Positions 29,841 to 40,829 are shown, counted from the first letter of the stretch. The stretch is 64,000 bases of DNA from an uncultured Gemmatimonadales bacterium (GCA_963842945.1 CAWJIM010000021.1:64001-128000); one strand, 5' to 3'. Numbers and translations are program-made. Notes: generated from the sequence alone by a model not told the origin.

Positions 29841-30254
29841 ATGAAAGCCGGCCACAAGTTCCTGCTCGGCGCCGCCATCATCGTCAGCAGCGTGGGCTTC
29901 CTCATCACCGAGGGGGTCAAGGAGACCGGGGTCTACTTCCTGACCCCGGCCGAGCTGGCGGCCAAGACGGCCACCGATCCGAGCTTCGTGGAGAACGTCG
30001 GGTTCAAGGTGGGCGCCAAGGTGGTGCCCGGGTCGGTCCGGCGGGATCCGGGGGCCCAGGTCATCGATTTCCAGGTCTCGGACGGGATCAAGACCTATCC
30101 GGTGACCTACCACGGTCTGGTGCCGGATACCTTCACCGATGCCAATGACATCGAGGTCGTGGTCGAAGGGCGGTTGGGCCGGGACGGTGTCATCCGCGCC
30201 ACCGATGTGCTCGCCAAGTGCGGCTCCCGCTACGAGGCTGTTCCCAAGGCCTGA
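29841..30254 (+). CDS. ccmE: Cytochrome c maturation heme chaperone CcmE, CxxxY type
   Basis: N-terminal TM, YFLTPAE, VVPGSV, PDTF, VVVEG, LAKCGSRY. Confidence 0.9.
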   Translation: MKAGHKFLLGAAIIVSSVGFLITEGVKETGVYFLTPAELAAKTATDPSFVENVGFKVGAKVVPGSVRRDPGAQVIDFQVSDGIKTYPVTYHGLVPDTFTDANDIEVVVEGRLGRDGVIRATDVLAKCGSRYEAVPKA

Positions 30255-30261
30255 GCATTCC

Positions 30262-32300
30262 ATGACACTCCTGGGTCAATTCGCCCTCTGGGCTGCGCTC
30301 CTTCTCGGTCTCTGGTGCGTGGTCATCTCCTTCTCCGGCCAGTGGCGCGGGCGGCCCGAGCTGTGCCCAGTCGGTGGTCCGCTCGGTGTACGCCGTGTGT
30401 CGGCTGCCTGGTCGTGGCTTCCATCGCGCTGTGGAAGGGGCTCGTCTCCCACGACTTCAACATCGAGTACGTCGCCGCCTACACCAGCCGCAATCTGCCG
30501 TCCTACTACATCTTCTCCGCCTTCTGGGCCGGCCAGAAGGGCTCCCTGCTCTTCTGGGCCGTGGTGCTCTCGCTCTTCGCCGCCGCGGCCCAGCTGCTGA
30601 CGCCCCGCCGCTACGCCCACCTGATGCCCTACGTCGCGGGCGTCACCACCGCGGTCGTGTGCTTCTTCGTCAGCGTCATGATCTTCGCGGCCAATCCCTT
30701 CGAGCGGCTGAGCTTCGTTCCGGCCGACGGGCGGGGGCTCAATCCCCAGCTGCAGAACGTCGGGATGGTCATCCATCCGCCCATGCTGTACCTGGGTTAC
30801 ATCAGCATCACCATACCGTTCGCCTTCGCCATGGCCGCCCTGCTCTCCCGAAGGCTCGACACCGGCTGGATCCACGCCATTCGGAAGTGGACCCTGGTCT
30901 CCTGGCTCTTCCTCTCGATCGGCATAACCCTGGGGATGTGGTGGGCCTACGTGGAGCTGGGGTGGGGCGGATACTGGGCCTGGGATCCGGTGGAGAACGC
31001 GAGCTTCCTCCCCTGGCTCACCATGACGGCCTTTCTCCACTCGGTGATGATTCAGGAGAAACGGGGAATGCTCAAGCGCTGGAACTTCGGTCTCATCATC
31101 GGGACCTTCCTGCTGAGCATCTTCGGCACCTTCATCACCCGCTCGGGCGTCATCGCCAGCGTGCACAGCTTCACCCAGTCCAACGTCGGCTACTTCTTCC
31201 TGGCCTTCCTGGTGGTGGCCGCGGTGCTGTCGTTCACGCTGCTGTATACCCGCTGGGGGCTGCTGGAGGCGGACGTTCGGCTGGAGTCGATGGTGAGCCG
31301 GGAGGCGGCGTTTCTCTTCAATAACCTGCTGCTCGTGGGCATCGCATTCTCGGTGCTTGTGGGGGACGCTCTTTCCCATTCTGTCGGAGCTGGTCAAGGG
31401 CACCAAGATCACCGTCGGCCCGCCGTTCTTTAATCGGGTGAATGTCCCACTCGGCCTGCTGCTGCTGGGCCTTACCGGCGTCGGGCCATTGATCGCCTGG
31501 CGGAAGGCGTCAACCGCCAACCTGCGGCGGCAGTTCATCGCGCCGGTGGCCGCCGGCTGGTCGACGCTGGTGGCTCCTGCTCGCCGCGGGCATGCGAGAC
31601 TTCTACGCCCGGTGGCGCTGGCGCTGGCCGGGTTCGTGGCCGGCACCATCGGGCAGGAGTTCTACCGGGGTATCCGGGCCCGCCGCCGGATGCACGGCGA
31701 ATCGGTCCCGCTCGCGTTCGCCCGGCTGATCGGCCGGAACCGGCGGCGCTACGGCGGGTACATCGTGCACGCCGGCATCCTGATCTACTTCGTGGCCTTC
31801 GCCGGAATGGCCTTCCAGCCGGCAGCAGGAGGCCACGCTCAAGCCGGGCGAATCGGTGGAAATGCAGAGCCCGTTCGGCCACACCTATCGGTTTACTCAC
31901 CTGGGGATCTCCCAGTACGAGGCGCTGAACCGGGTGGTCTCCGCCGCGACGGTGGAGGTTACCAAGGACGGGCGGCGCGCCGGGCTCATGACCTCGGAGA
32001 AGCGGCAGCACGTGGACAGCTTCAAGCGTCCCACCTTCGAGCCGTCCACCGAAGTCGCCATCCGCAGCAACCTGCAGGAAGACGTGTACATGGTGTTTGC
32101 CGGAGCGGTGAACGGCACCGAGGAGGCGGTCTACCGCTTCAACCTGAATCCGCTGGTGTGGTGGGTCTGGTTCGGCGGACTGGTGCTCGTGTTCGGCGGG
32201 ATGATCACCATGTGGCCCGGCGGAGGTCCAGTAGTGGCGGCGCCGCGGAGAGCACAGGCCGGGTATCAGGTCGAGCTGGTCGGGAACGGGGACGAACTAG
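30262..32300 (+). CDS. ccmF: Heme lyase CcmF/NrfE (frameshifted)
   Basis: FWAGQKGSLLFW, GLNPQLQ..HPPMLYLGY, WGGYWAWDPVENAS (WWD), RSGVIASVHSF, GGYIVHAG, NPLVWWVWFGG. Confidence 0.92.
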
Positions 32301-32888
32301 ATGCCGCTCTCTCCGATGGAACGCCTGCTCTCTCGCCGAGCCTTTGTGGGCTCGCTGGCAGCGGTCATTCCGCTCCGCCTCGGGCAGCAGCAAGCGGATT
32401 CTCTGGCCGGGCGCGGAGCCACTGGAACGCTGCGGGATCCAACCGCCCTGGGCCGCTCCCGGCAGCCCACCAATGCGCGGGAGAACAGCGCGGAGATTCA
32501 AGCCATCGAGCAGCAGCTGGCCTGCAACTGCGGTTGCACCCTGGACGTGTTCACCTGCCGTACCACGGACTTTTCCTGCACCTACTCCCCGGCACTGCAT
32601 CGGGAAGTGCTTGCCCTCCGAGACCAGGGCAAGTCCGCCCGCGAAATTCTCGACGCGTTCGTTCAGAAGTACGGCGAGAAGGCGCTGATGGCCCCCAAAC
32701 CGAAGGGTTTCAATCTCTGGGGCTATCTCCTTCCCGGAGCAGCGGTGGCGACCGCAGGGATCGCGCTGGCGGCGGTTCTCAAGCGGCGGGAGGCGGTGCA
32801 GCGGGCGCCGGAGGTGCTACCGCCCGTGTCGGCCAGCCCGGATGAGCTCGACCGGTTGAAGGCAGCGCTCGCGGAAGTGGAGGATTGA
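32301..32888 (+). CDS. ccmH: CcmH/CycL-like protein with Cys-rich motif
   Basis: LACNCGCTLDVFTCRTTDFSC, GKSAREILDAFVQKYGEKALMAP, GFNLWGYLLP TM. Confidence 0.8.
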   Translation: MPLSPMERLLSRRAFVGSLAAVIPLRLGQQQADSLAGRGATGTLRDPTALGRSRQPTNARENSAEIQAIEQQLACNCGCTLDVFTCRTTDFSCTYSPALHREVLALRDQGKSAREILDAFVQKYGEKALMAPKPKGFNLWGYLLPGAAVATAGIALAAVLKRREAVQRAPEVLPPVSASPDELDRLKAALAEVED

Positions 32889-33251
32889 TGCTGGGCGAGG
32901 CCATTGCGGCCGTGCTGGTCGGGATGGCCGGGCTGCTGCTGGTGCTCCAGCCGCTGTTTCGTCTCCTCCGGCAGCGTCCGCAAACCGGACGAGCCGCTGG
33001 ATCCGGAGGAGACGCCGAGAGGCGTGGCGCTGACCGCGCTCAAGGAGATCGACTTCGACCGCGAGACCGGCAAGCTGTCGGATGCGGACTACGAATTCCT
33101 CAAGGCGAAATACACCGCCATAGCTCTCGAAGCGCTGCGGGCGGAGCAGTCGACCCCACCTGCTTCCCAGCAGAGCTGCGGGACCTGCGGCCCCCGCCCC
33201 GAGCCCGACGCCATCTTCTGCTCAACGTTGCGGTTTGCATTTGAGGGCTAG
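32888..33251 (+). CDS. CcmI-N-like small membrane protein with zinc ribbon (frameshifted)
   Basis: TM then ALKEIDFDRETGKLSDADYEFLKAKY, CGTCG..FCS. Confidence 0.65.
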
Positions 33252-33341
33252 CTCTACCGCCGAGCCGGCGAGCAGCTCGGAGAAACAACGTCCAGTTTCC
33301 ACCCCGCTTCCAGCCAATCCTCTGCAGGCCAGCTGATAGCG

Positions 33342-34208
33342 TCAGCGGCTGGCGCTTTTCAGCGCGGCCGGCTCCACCCGCGCGGCCAGTGCCCACACCG
33401 GTTTGTGATCGCTGGCGCCCCGCACGTCGTGCATGACTCCCGCCTGCCGGGGAGTCAGACCGCGGACGAAGATGTGGTCCCAGGAAAAGATGGTGATGCT
33501 GGGCCCCACGCGCTCGGTGAGCCAGCGATAGCCATGGCGGACGAGAAAGGGGCCGATCCCTTCGCTGTTGAAATCACCGGCTATGACCGTGGGCCCGGGA
33601 AATTGTGCGGCATCGTCGATGATGGTCTGGACCTGGTCCCGGCGGCCCTGGTCGGAAATCTTGATTTGCGTCTCCAGGTGCACCGCGTACGCCAGGACCC
33701 GCTGATTGCCGATCCTTAGGATGGCACCGGTGGCCGTGCGCTGCTGATGCCGAATTCGCCCTTCATGGGGAAGGATCAGCTTCCAGCTGCGCTCGATCGG
33801 CCAGCGGGAGAGGAGGGCCGGACCGAAGTAGCGGTCGTCGATGGGGTGAATCGAGCCGGGATAGTAGGCGTAGTTCAGCTTCATCGCCCGGGCGATCCGT
33901 TCCACCCCCAGCTCGTCCATCTCCTGGAGGGAGATCACATCCGCGCCGGCCAATGGGCTCTTCTCCAGCACGGAGATGGCCCCGGGAATATTTCGGCCCA
34001 GCTTCACGTTGAAGGTCACGACCCTCAGCTCACCAACGGCGACCGAATCTACCGTAGCCGCATAAGAGCCGAGGAACGCCGGCGTGGTGGGATTGAGCAG
34101 GTTGGTGGTGTGGGTACAGCCCAGCAGCACCATGCCGGCGAGCGCGCTCAGGGCGGGCACGCGAAGTGCCCGGTGAGCCTTGGGTTGGCGGAGGACCGCC
34201 GGTATCAT
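33342..34208 (-). CDS. Endonuclease/exonuclease/phosphatase family lipoprotein
   Basis: LLGC lipobox, VVTFNV, SLQE, AVHLE, AGDFN, WDHIF, SDHKPV. Confidence 0.88.
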   Translation of the reverse strand: MIPAVLRQPKAHRALRVPALSALAGMVLLGCTHTTNLLNPTTPAFLGSYAATVDSVAVGELRVVTFNVKLGRNIPGAISVLEKSPLAGADVISLQEMDELGVERIARAMKLNYAYYPGSIHPIDDRYFGPALLSRWPIERSWKLILPHEGRIRHQQRTATGAILRIGNQRVLAYAVHLETQIKISDQGRRDQVQTIIDDAAQFPGPTVIAGDFNSEGIGPFLVRHGYRWLTERVGPSITIFSWDHIFVRGLTPRQAGVMHDVRGASDHKPVWALAARVEPAALKSASR

Positions 34209-34235
34209 GCTACGTCGTTCTTCGGGTGATCTCAT

Positions 34236-34658
34236 ATGGATCTGAAGCACCAGAGCGTCCTGCTCTTTGATGGTGACTGCGGTCTCTGCACCCGCATCGT
34301 GCAGCTGGTGCTTCGGGCAGACCGGAAGGGAACGCTGTGCTTTGCATCCCTCCAGGGTGAGTTCGGCCGAAAGATAATCGCCCGGCACACCGAGCTCCGA
34401 GCCGTGGATTCGGTCGCACTGCTCGAGACCACAGCGGCCGGCGGTTATCACGTCTCCATCCGTTCGGAGGCGGTGCTCCGGCTGGCCCGATATCTGGGCT
34501 TCCCCTGGCGGCTCTTGGCTCTGGCCCGGGTGATCCCCCGCCCGGTCCGAGATCGGCTCTACGACTGGATTGCCCGGCGGCGCCATCGCTGGTTTGGGCC
34601 CGCTCTGATCTGTCAGCTTCCCACACCGGAGCAGCAGAAGAGAATGGTGACTTCATGA
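34236..34658 (+). CDS. DCC family thiol-disulfide oxidoreductase (DUF393)
   Basis: LFDGDCGLC, FASLQG, RDRLYDWIARRRHRWFG. Confidence 0.9.
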   Translation: MDLKHQSVLLFDGDCGLCTRIVQLVLRADRKGTLCFASLQGEFGRKIIARHTELRAVDSVALLETTAAGGYHVSIRSEAVLRLARYLGFPWRLLALARVIPRPVRDRLYDWIARRRHRWFGPALICQLPTPEQQKRMVTS

Positions 34659-35593
34659 ATCTCGATTTTCTGCTCGCGTTTGCCGCCTTCGGCATCGGCA
34701 TCGTCGTCGGACTCACCGGAATGGGTGGCGGCGCCCTGATGACCCCGGTGCTGGTGCTCTTCTTCGGGGTGCCGCCGCTGGCGGCGGTGTCATCGGATCT
34801 GGTGGCGAGCGCGATCATGAAGCCGGTGGGATCCGTGGTGCACCTCAGGCGGGGCACGGTGCACCTGGGGCTGGTCAAGTGGCTCTGCATCGGCTCGGTG
34901 CCCGGCGCGTTCAGCGGCGTGCTCGTCGCCCGGGCGCTCGGCCGTGGTCAGGACGTGCAGAACATGATCCGGCTGGCCCTCGGATTGGCGTTGCTGCTGG
35001 CGGCCGCGGGTCTGATCGCGCGAGCCTACGTCCGGCTCCTGGAGTATGCCCGGGTGCGAGACGGCCGGGCGGCGCGGCTCCCCGAGGGCCCGCCGCGCCT
35101 GAGTCTCCGTCCGGGGCCGACCATGATCGTAGGCGCGTTGGGCGGCCTGGTGGTGGGCCTCACCTCGGTCGGCTCGGGCTCGCTGATCATCATTGCCCTG
35201 ATGGCGCTCTATCCCAGTCTCACAGCCAATGAGCTGGTCGGCACCGACCTGGTGCAGGCCGTCCCGCTGGTGGCATCTGCGGCCCTGGGCCACATCCTGT
35301 TCGGCGATTTCCAGATGGATATCACCACATCCCTGCTGCTGGGGTGCGTTCCGGGCGTTTGGGTGGGAGCTCACCTCTCATCGCGGGCGCCTGGAGGGCT
35401 CATCCGCCGGGCTCTGGCCTTCGTGCTGCTCGCCTCCGCGCTCAAGCTGCTCGACTTCTCCACCAAGGCCACCGGTATCATCCTCGGTCTGGTGCTGGTC
35501 ATCGCGCCGGTGCTCTGGATGCTGGTTCGCCGGCACTACGGCTTTCCCGCCCTGGCCCGGCGCGCCCGGCGCTCTCCCTCCCGCTCGACTTGA
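34655..35593 (+). CDS. Sulfite exporter TauE/SafE family protein
   Basis: VGLTGMGGGALMTP and VGLTSVGSGSL repeats, LVGTDL. Confidence 0.9.
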   Translation: MNLDFLLAFAAFGIGIVVGLTGMGGGALMTPVLVLFFGVPPLAAVSSDLVASAIMKPVGSVVHLRRGTVHLGLVKWLCIGSVPGAFSGVLVARALGRGQDVQNMIRLALGLALLLAAAGLIARAYVRLLEYARVRDGRAARLPEGPPRLSLRPGPTMIVGALGGLVVGLTSVGSGSLIIIALMALYPSLTANELVGTDLVQAVPLVASAALGHILFGDFQMDITTSLLLGCVPGVWVGAHLSSRAPGGLIRRALAFVLLASALKLLDFSTKATGIILGLVLVIAPVLWMLVRRHYGFPALARRARRSPSRST

Positions 35594-35648
35594 CTCCCAC
35601 TTGAGCGCTCGATGGCAGACTCTTGCTCGTAAGAGGCCAGGAGCTGTC

Positions 35649-35786
35649 ATGGTACCGACATACAATGGATGGGAAGATCCCTCGGAAGACGAGCGGGAAG
35701 CGCTGGAGCAGTGGGAAGCTCGGGAGCGGCGGGGCCGCAGATCATCCCAGCGGATCGCTATCCCGGATGTGATGTGGGATCCTTGA
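35649..35786 (+). CDS. Putative 45-aa small protein
   Basis: AGGAG RBS; MVPTYNGWEDPSEDEREALEQWEARERRGRRSSQRIAIPDVMWDP. Confidence 0.35.
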   Translation: MVPTYNGWEDPSEDEREALEQWEARERRGRRSSQRIAIPDVMWDP

Positions 35787-35827
35787 CGGTAGGTGGAACG
35801 CACCGTAACTCAACAACGTTGGGCAAC

Positions 35828-35930
35828 AAAGTCATAGGCACACCCGGCGAAAGCCGGGGTCGCAAAGCCACGGGTCCTCGCTTTCCTTCCCCCGGGATTC
35901 CAAGACCGCCGAGCCGCCGATACGGTGACT
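35828..35930 (+). ncRNA. c-di-GMP-I (GEMM-I) riboswitch aptamer
   Basis: GGCACAC-CCGGC-GAAA-GCCGG-GGTCGCAAAGCC-ACGGGTC...GACCGCCGAGCCGCCGA matches the GEMM architecture (GNRA-capped P2, GCAAAG junction, P3); in the 5' UTR of 36042. Confidence 0.85.
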
Positions 35931-35939
35931 CGGCTTTTT
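35908..35939 (+). terminator. Riboswitch expression-platform terminator
   Basis: GCCGAG-CCGCCG-ATA-CGGTGA-CTCGGC-TTTTT, overlapping the aptamer 3' strand. Confidence 0.75.
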
Positions 35940-36041
35940 CGTGCCAACAAGCGTGAGCACCAGTGACTTGACGGCGGCTTGATCGACTTTGGGTAGGGTT
36001 GGGCAGGAAGTCGACGAGGAACAGCAGCAGAGGGTAGCAGC

Positions 36042-38101
36042 ATGTCAGGGTTGAAGGAAAAGGTATCAGGTGCACTCCTTGCCGGGTTGCTGACCCTGTT
36101 CGCCTGCCAGGACAATCCCGAACTCACCGCGCCATCCGCGGCCAGTGCCGCAGTCGCTCACAGACTCACCATCATCGGGTCCGGTACCGGAACCGGGACC
36201 GTCACGTCCGTCCCGAGCGGGATCAACTGCCGCATCTCCCTCGGAGCGGCGAGCGGCCCGGTCTGCTCCAAGTTGATCAGTGGGACCGTGACCCTGAAGG
36301 CCGCTCCCGCGGCGGGCCATGCGTTTGCCGGATGGACCTCCGGCGTCACGTCCTGTGTCGGAACCGAAGCGTGCCAGGTCGATATGAGGACGGCAGATCG
36401 CAATGTGACCGCCAAGTTCAACAAGGGTCCCTTCAACATCAAGATCTCGAGTGGCACCGGCGGCGGGAGTGGGAAGGTCAAGCTCCAGGTCGGGACCACG
36501 ATAAAGACCTGTACCATCACCAACGGCGTGCCGGGCAGTGCGGCGCAGTGCTCGATCTCGGCCGCGGCGAATAAGGTCGTTACCCTGACTCCAACACCGG
36601 CCGCAGGTTACGCCTTCAACGGGTGGAAGATCGCCGGGTGCGGGACCGACAAGTGTCAGTTCTCGGCAATCCAGTCTCTCACAACACCGGCCACCTTCTC
36701 CCGTATCAGCGCCGGCAGCCCTGCGCTGGTGGGAAAATGGGATGCTCCGGTTACCACGCCCGTGGTGGTGGTGCACGCGCATCAGCTGAGCACGGGGAAG
36801 GTGCTCCTCTGGGGAGACACGGGCGGCGCATACCTGTGGAGCGCTCCGTCCAGCTTCACCGCCCTGCCGGCCAAGCCGTTCCGGCTTTACTGCAGCGGAC
36901 ACGGCTTTCTGCCCGATGGCCGTCTCCTGATCGTGGGAGGAACCGACTCACGAACCGGCGGCCTCAGGGATGCTACCCTGTTCAATCCCTCGTCATCGGG
37001 CTGGAGCGGATTTGGCTCGATGGCCCTGGGTCGCTACTACCCCACCATCACCACGCTACCGAACGGCAGTTTGCTTGCGGTCTCTGGCCAGGACACGAAC
37101 CTCGATGTGGTCCCGCTCCCGGAGATCAGCACGCCGACCGGTTGGCGCCAGCTGACCACCGCTCCCCTGGATATCGATACGCCGTTCTACCCACCGGTGT
37201 TCGTGGCTCCGGACGGTAAGGTTTTCCTGGCCGGCTTCCTCCAACCCAGCCACTACCTCGACGTGACCGGAACCGGCCAGTGGACCGACGGTCCCGCACG
37301 GGTCGTGAAAGATCGCGTGCTGGGCAGCGCGGTGATGTACGAGCCGGGGAAGATCCTGTACGTCGGCGGTGGAAAAGGTTTGGAGGCACAGTATGCGGGG
37401 ACTCCCACAGCGACTGCGGAAGATCATCGATCTGAATGACCCGAGCCCCGGCGTGGAGGCTCACGGCGACAATGCGGTTCCCGCGCCGCCAGCTGAACGC
37501 CACCATCCTGGCCGACGGGAGCGTGCTGGTGACCGGTGGAACCAGCGGGCCCGGGTTCAACGACCAGGCGGGTGCGGTGCACGCGGCCGAACTGTGGAAC
37601 CCGGCCACCAGACAGTGGACCACCATGGCGTCGGAATTGAAGAATCGCACCTATCACTCCACGGCGCTGCTGCTGGCCAGCGGCCGGGTGCTCTCCAGCG
37701 GGAGTGGAGAGGGCGGCGGGGTCCCCTACGCCAACGCCGAACGCTCGCTGCAGCTGTTCTCGCCGCCGTACCTCTTTAACCCGGACGGAACCTCGGCTAC
37801 CCGGCCCAGCATCACGTCTGTTCCGGCCGCGATTCACTACACCCAGTCATTCACCGTCGAGACCCCGGATCCTTCGGCGATCGTGCGGGGCAACCTGATT
37901 CGTACTTCCTCGGTGACTCATGCTTTCAATCAGAGTCAGCTCCTGTACCCGCTCACTTTCGAGGTCGCCGGACCGACGACCCTGCGGGTGACCAACCCGC
38001 CGGCCAGTGGCGCAGTCGCGCCGCCGGGCCCGTACATGCTGTTCCTGATCAACAGCTCCGGAGTGCCTTCTCCGGCCAAGTTCGTCACCGTCGGGCCCTA
38101 G
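36042..38101 (+). CDS. Copper radical oxidase (galactose oxidase/AA5-like) lipoprotein with two InlB-B-like repeats and DUF1929-like C-domain; frameshift near 37420-37450
   Basis: LFAC lipobox; GTGTVTS.P.GINC..F.GW repeats; LYCSGH, RYYPT, TYHS, VTHAFN supply the Cys-Tyr and Cu ligands; APPGPYMLFL. Confidence 0.88.
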
Positions 38102-38506
38102 GAACTCGGCGGCCGCTATTGGAGACTTCACAGCCTCGGCTCAAACGAGTTCTTGACGAGGCCTGCACCTGACGATAGAGTCTGCCTTCGTCAAAGCCAG
38201 CCAGTCAGATCCGTCCGGAGCCGAGCGCTAGGTCATCCTAGCGCTTGCCCGCCGCACGAGCCCAACTAGCAAGCTAGACCCCACATGCTTTGTCATACCG
38301 CCACGCTAGGATGGGGGGGTGGCGATACCCTATACTGTCGGCCGACTTGATGGGTACTTGACTACTTACCGCTACAGTAGCCGTCAGCTCAAGCCACTAA
38401 GCAACATCGTATGGCAGCGACAACGGACACGTCATTGGGACGTTTTGGCGCTGTCCCCAGCAGTGAGAGATGGGCAAACTAAGCTCCACAACAAAGAGGT
38501 TGACGT

Positions 38507-40591
38507 ATGACTATGCGAGTTGGAATTCCTTTACTGCTTGTTGCCGCGATCTTCCCACTGATCAGTTGCCAGGAGGACTCCGTCCCGACTGAGCCACAGC
38601 TTAGCCAAACTACTTCGATGGCGCCCATGGTAGCTGCACAGAAAGATCCTATTGCAGACCGGTATATAGTGGTTTTCAAGCCGTCTGTTCTAGAGTCGGC
38701 TGGCGAGGCGCGCCGCCAGGTCGCGATGGCACAGGGTGAATTGCATCTCACCTTTACTCGAGTAATAAGAGGCTACGCTGCGACACTGTCCGCAGCTGGT
38801 TTGGCTGCCGTGCGCAGGTCCCCGGTCGTGAGCTACGTCGAACAGGATCAGCGGGTATATGCAGACGAAGTCGAGAATCCGACGCCGTCATGGGGATTGG
38901 ATCGCATAGACCAGCGTGATCTCCCACTTAACAACAGCTATTCCTACACACCTACGGGTATCGGGGTACATGTGTACGTTTTGGACACTGGCATTCGGAC
39001 CTCCCATCAAGACTTCGGTGGAAGGGCAGTGTCGGGTCAGGAATTTGTAGGCGATGGTAATGGAACCAATGACTGCAACGGCCATGGAACGCATGTGGCG
39101 GGCACTATCGCGGGTTCCAGGTATGGAGTGGCTAAGGGTGCGACACTCGTGGCGGTGCGTGTTCTGGGTTGTGATGGTTTCGGTGATTACTCGTGGATCA
39201 TTGCAGCTCTTGACTGGGTGACACTACACGCCGCCAGGCCCGCAGTTGCCAACATGAGCCTGGGCGGCGGTTATTCTCAGGCTGTAAACGATGCAGTGAC
39301 TGCATCGATCAACTCCGGAATCATCTACGCAGTCTCTGCGGGGAACGAAAACATCAGCGCCTGCAATCGATCCCCGTCCAGCACACCTTCGGCACTTACC
39401 ATCGCAGCAACTGGCACCACAGACATTAGAGCTGCTTTCTCGGATTGGGGTCCCTGCGTCGATCTCTTCGCGCCGGGTGTCAACATTACCTCCGCCTCCT
39501 ACACAGGGGACAACGCGACCGCCATTTATAGCGGCACGTCAATGGCCTCCCCACACGTGGCTGGAGCAGCAGCGCTGTACCTCCAGCAGAATCCCTCGGC
39601 TACTCCGGCTCAAATTGCGCAAGCACTGGTCGCAAACTCAAGTGCTAATAAGGTCACTGACCCCGGCGAGGGCACACCAAACCAACTCCTCTACATGGGA
39701 TTTCTCAACCGATCTGTGGGTGCTTGGGCTGTACGTACCTCGCTGCCCTCCGCGCGCCGAAGTCTGGGGATTGCTACCTCCTCAGGACTCCTTTACGCCA
39801 TTGGCGGCGCCACCAGCTCCGGGACCGCGCTGAAGACCGTCCAGGTCTACAACCCGAGCACCAACGCCTGGACCACCAAGGCATCACTCCCAGCCGCCCG
39901 CCCCTTCGGGAACGGCGCGACCCACATCAGCGGAACGATTTATCTGCCCGGCGGTCAGGACGCTTCCGGGATCATCACCCGCACGCTCTACGCCTACAAG
40001 ATCAGCACCAACACCTGGTCGGCTAAAGCCAACATGCCCGCGTTCAGCGGCTGCGGTGGCTCGGGTGTAATCAGCGGCAAGCTCTACGTCTACAGCGGCT
40101 GCACCAAGACCGCCACCGGCCCACAGACCGCGGCCGCGCTGCTGCACCGCTACGATCCGGCTACGAACGCGTGGACCACACTGCGGGGCGCTCCCGCCGT
40201 GCACGTGCAGCCGGCGGTGACGGTGGTTGCGGGCAAACTCTACGTCGCGGGGGGCAATTCCGGCGGCGGTACCGTCACTGGCCGAGTGGACGTGTACAAC
40301 CCGGCCACCAACAGCTGGTCCACGGGTTCTGCGCTGCCGACACCGAGAGTGGCTGCTGCCGGCGGCCTCATCGGCGGGAAGCTCTACGTCGTTGGCGGCC
40401 GGAACGGCGCAACTTACTACAACACTGTGGAAGTCTACGATCCGCTCACTAACGCCTGGACATCTGCAGCGGGAATGCCGACCGCTCGCGGCGGACTGGG
40501 TGTGGGAGTCATCAGCGGAGCGCTGTACGCCATCGGTGGCCGCAATGCCGCCACGGCTGCGCTGGCCACCAATGAGCGGCTTACGCCCTAG
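38507..40591 (+). CDS. S8 subtilase (aqualysin/proteinase K-like, I9 prodomain) fused to C-terminal Kelch propeller; lipoprotein
   Basis: LISC lipobox; [23 protein letters not shown] catalytic triad; six Kelch repeats (LY..GG..Y.P....W). Confidence 0.93.
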   Translation: MTMRVGIPLLLVAAIFPLISCQEDSVPTEPQLSQTTSMAPMVAAQKDPIADRYIVVFKPSVLESAGEARRQVAMAQGELHLTFTRVIRGYAATLSAAGLAAVRRSPVVSYVEQDQRVYADEVENPTPSWGLDRIDQRDLPLNNSYSYTPTGIGVHVYVLDTGIRTSHQDFGGRAVSGQEFVGDGNGTNDCNGHGTHVAGTIAGSRYGVAKGATLVAVRVLGCDGFGDYSWIIAALDWVTLHAARPAVANMSLGGGYSQAVNDAVTASINSGIIYAVSAGNENISACNRSPSSTPSALTIAATGTTDIRAAFSDWGPCVDLFAPGVNITSASYTGDNATAIYSGTSMASPHVAGAAALYLQQNPSATPAQIAQALVANSSANKVTDPGEGTPNQLLYMGFLNRSVGAWAVRTSLPSARRSLGIATSSGLLYAIGGATSSGTALKTVQVYNPSTNAWTTKASLPAARPFGNGATHISGTIYLPGGQDASGIITRTLYAYKISTNTWSAKANMPAFSGCGGSGVISGKLYVYSGCTKTATGPQTAAALLHRYDPATNAWTTLRGAPAVHVQPAVTVVAGKLYVAGGNSGGGTVTGRVDVYNPATNSWSTGSALPTPRVAAAGGLIGGKLYVVGGRNGATYYNTVEVYDPLTNAWTSAAGMPTARGGLGVGVISGALYAIGGRNAATAALATNERLTP

Positions 40592-40646
40592 CTCCCTTAT
40601 CGGAGCTGCCCTCGACAGGAACGGCTGCCTTCACCGGCAGCCGTCC
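39725..40646 (+). repeat. Kelch cassette + terminator, copy 1
   Basis: 867-nt coding block plus hairpin, duplicated at 41643-42562. Confidence 0.9.
40621..40646 (+). terminator. Terminator-like hairpin
   Basis: ACGGCTGCC-TTCACC-GGCAGCCGT. Confidence 0.6.
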
Positions 40647-40829
40647 ACCTGACCGCCGCCAAGCGACTCTTGGGGATCACTCGTAACTCCTTCTGCACTT
40701 TACCTCCGCTTGACATGCCTCTCATAGACTAGCCGCGAATCTCGGCCCAACACGCGTGACCTGGTTCCGAGTGAGAACACTGCACGGTCATGCCAGGCTA
40801 AGCGGCTTTTTGCCGCGTCAGGAGGAGTC

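Noticed and set aside
38150..38506. Riboswitch in the 400-nt leader of the S8-Kelch gene (hairpins, GGGCAAAC at 38472)
   Set aside because: No GCAAAG junction or P3, and the match runs into the start codon. The hairpins fit no family I recognise
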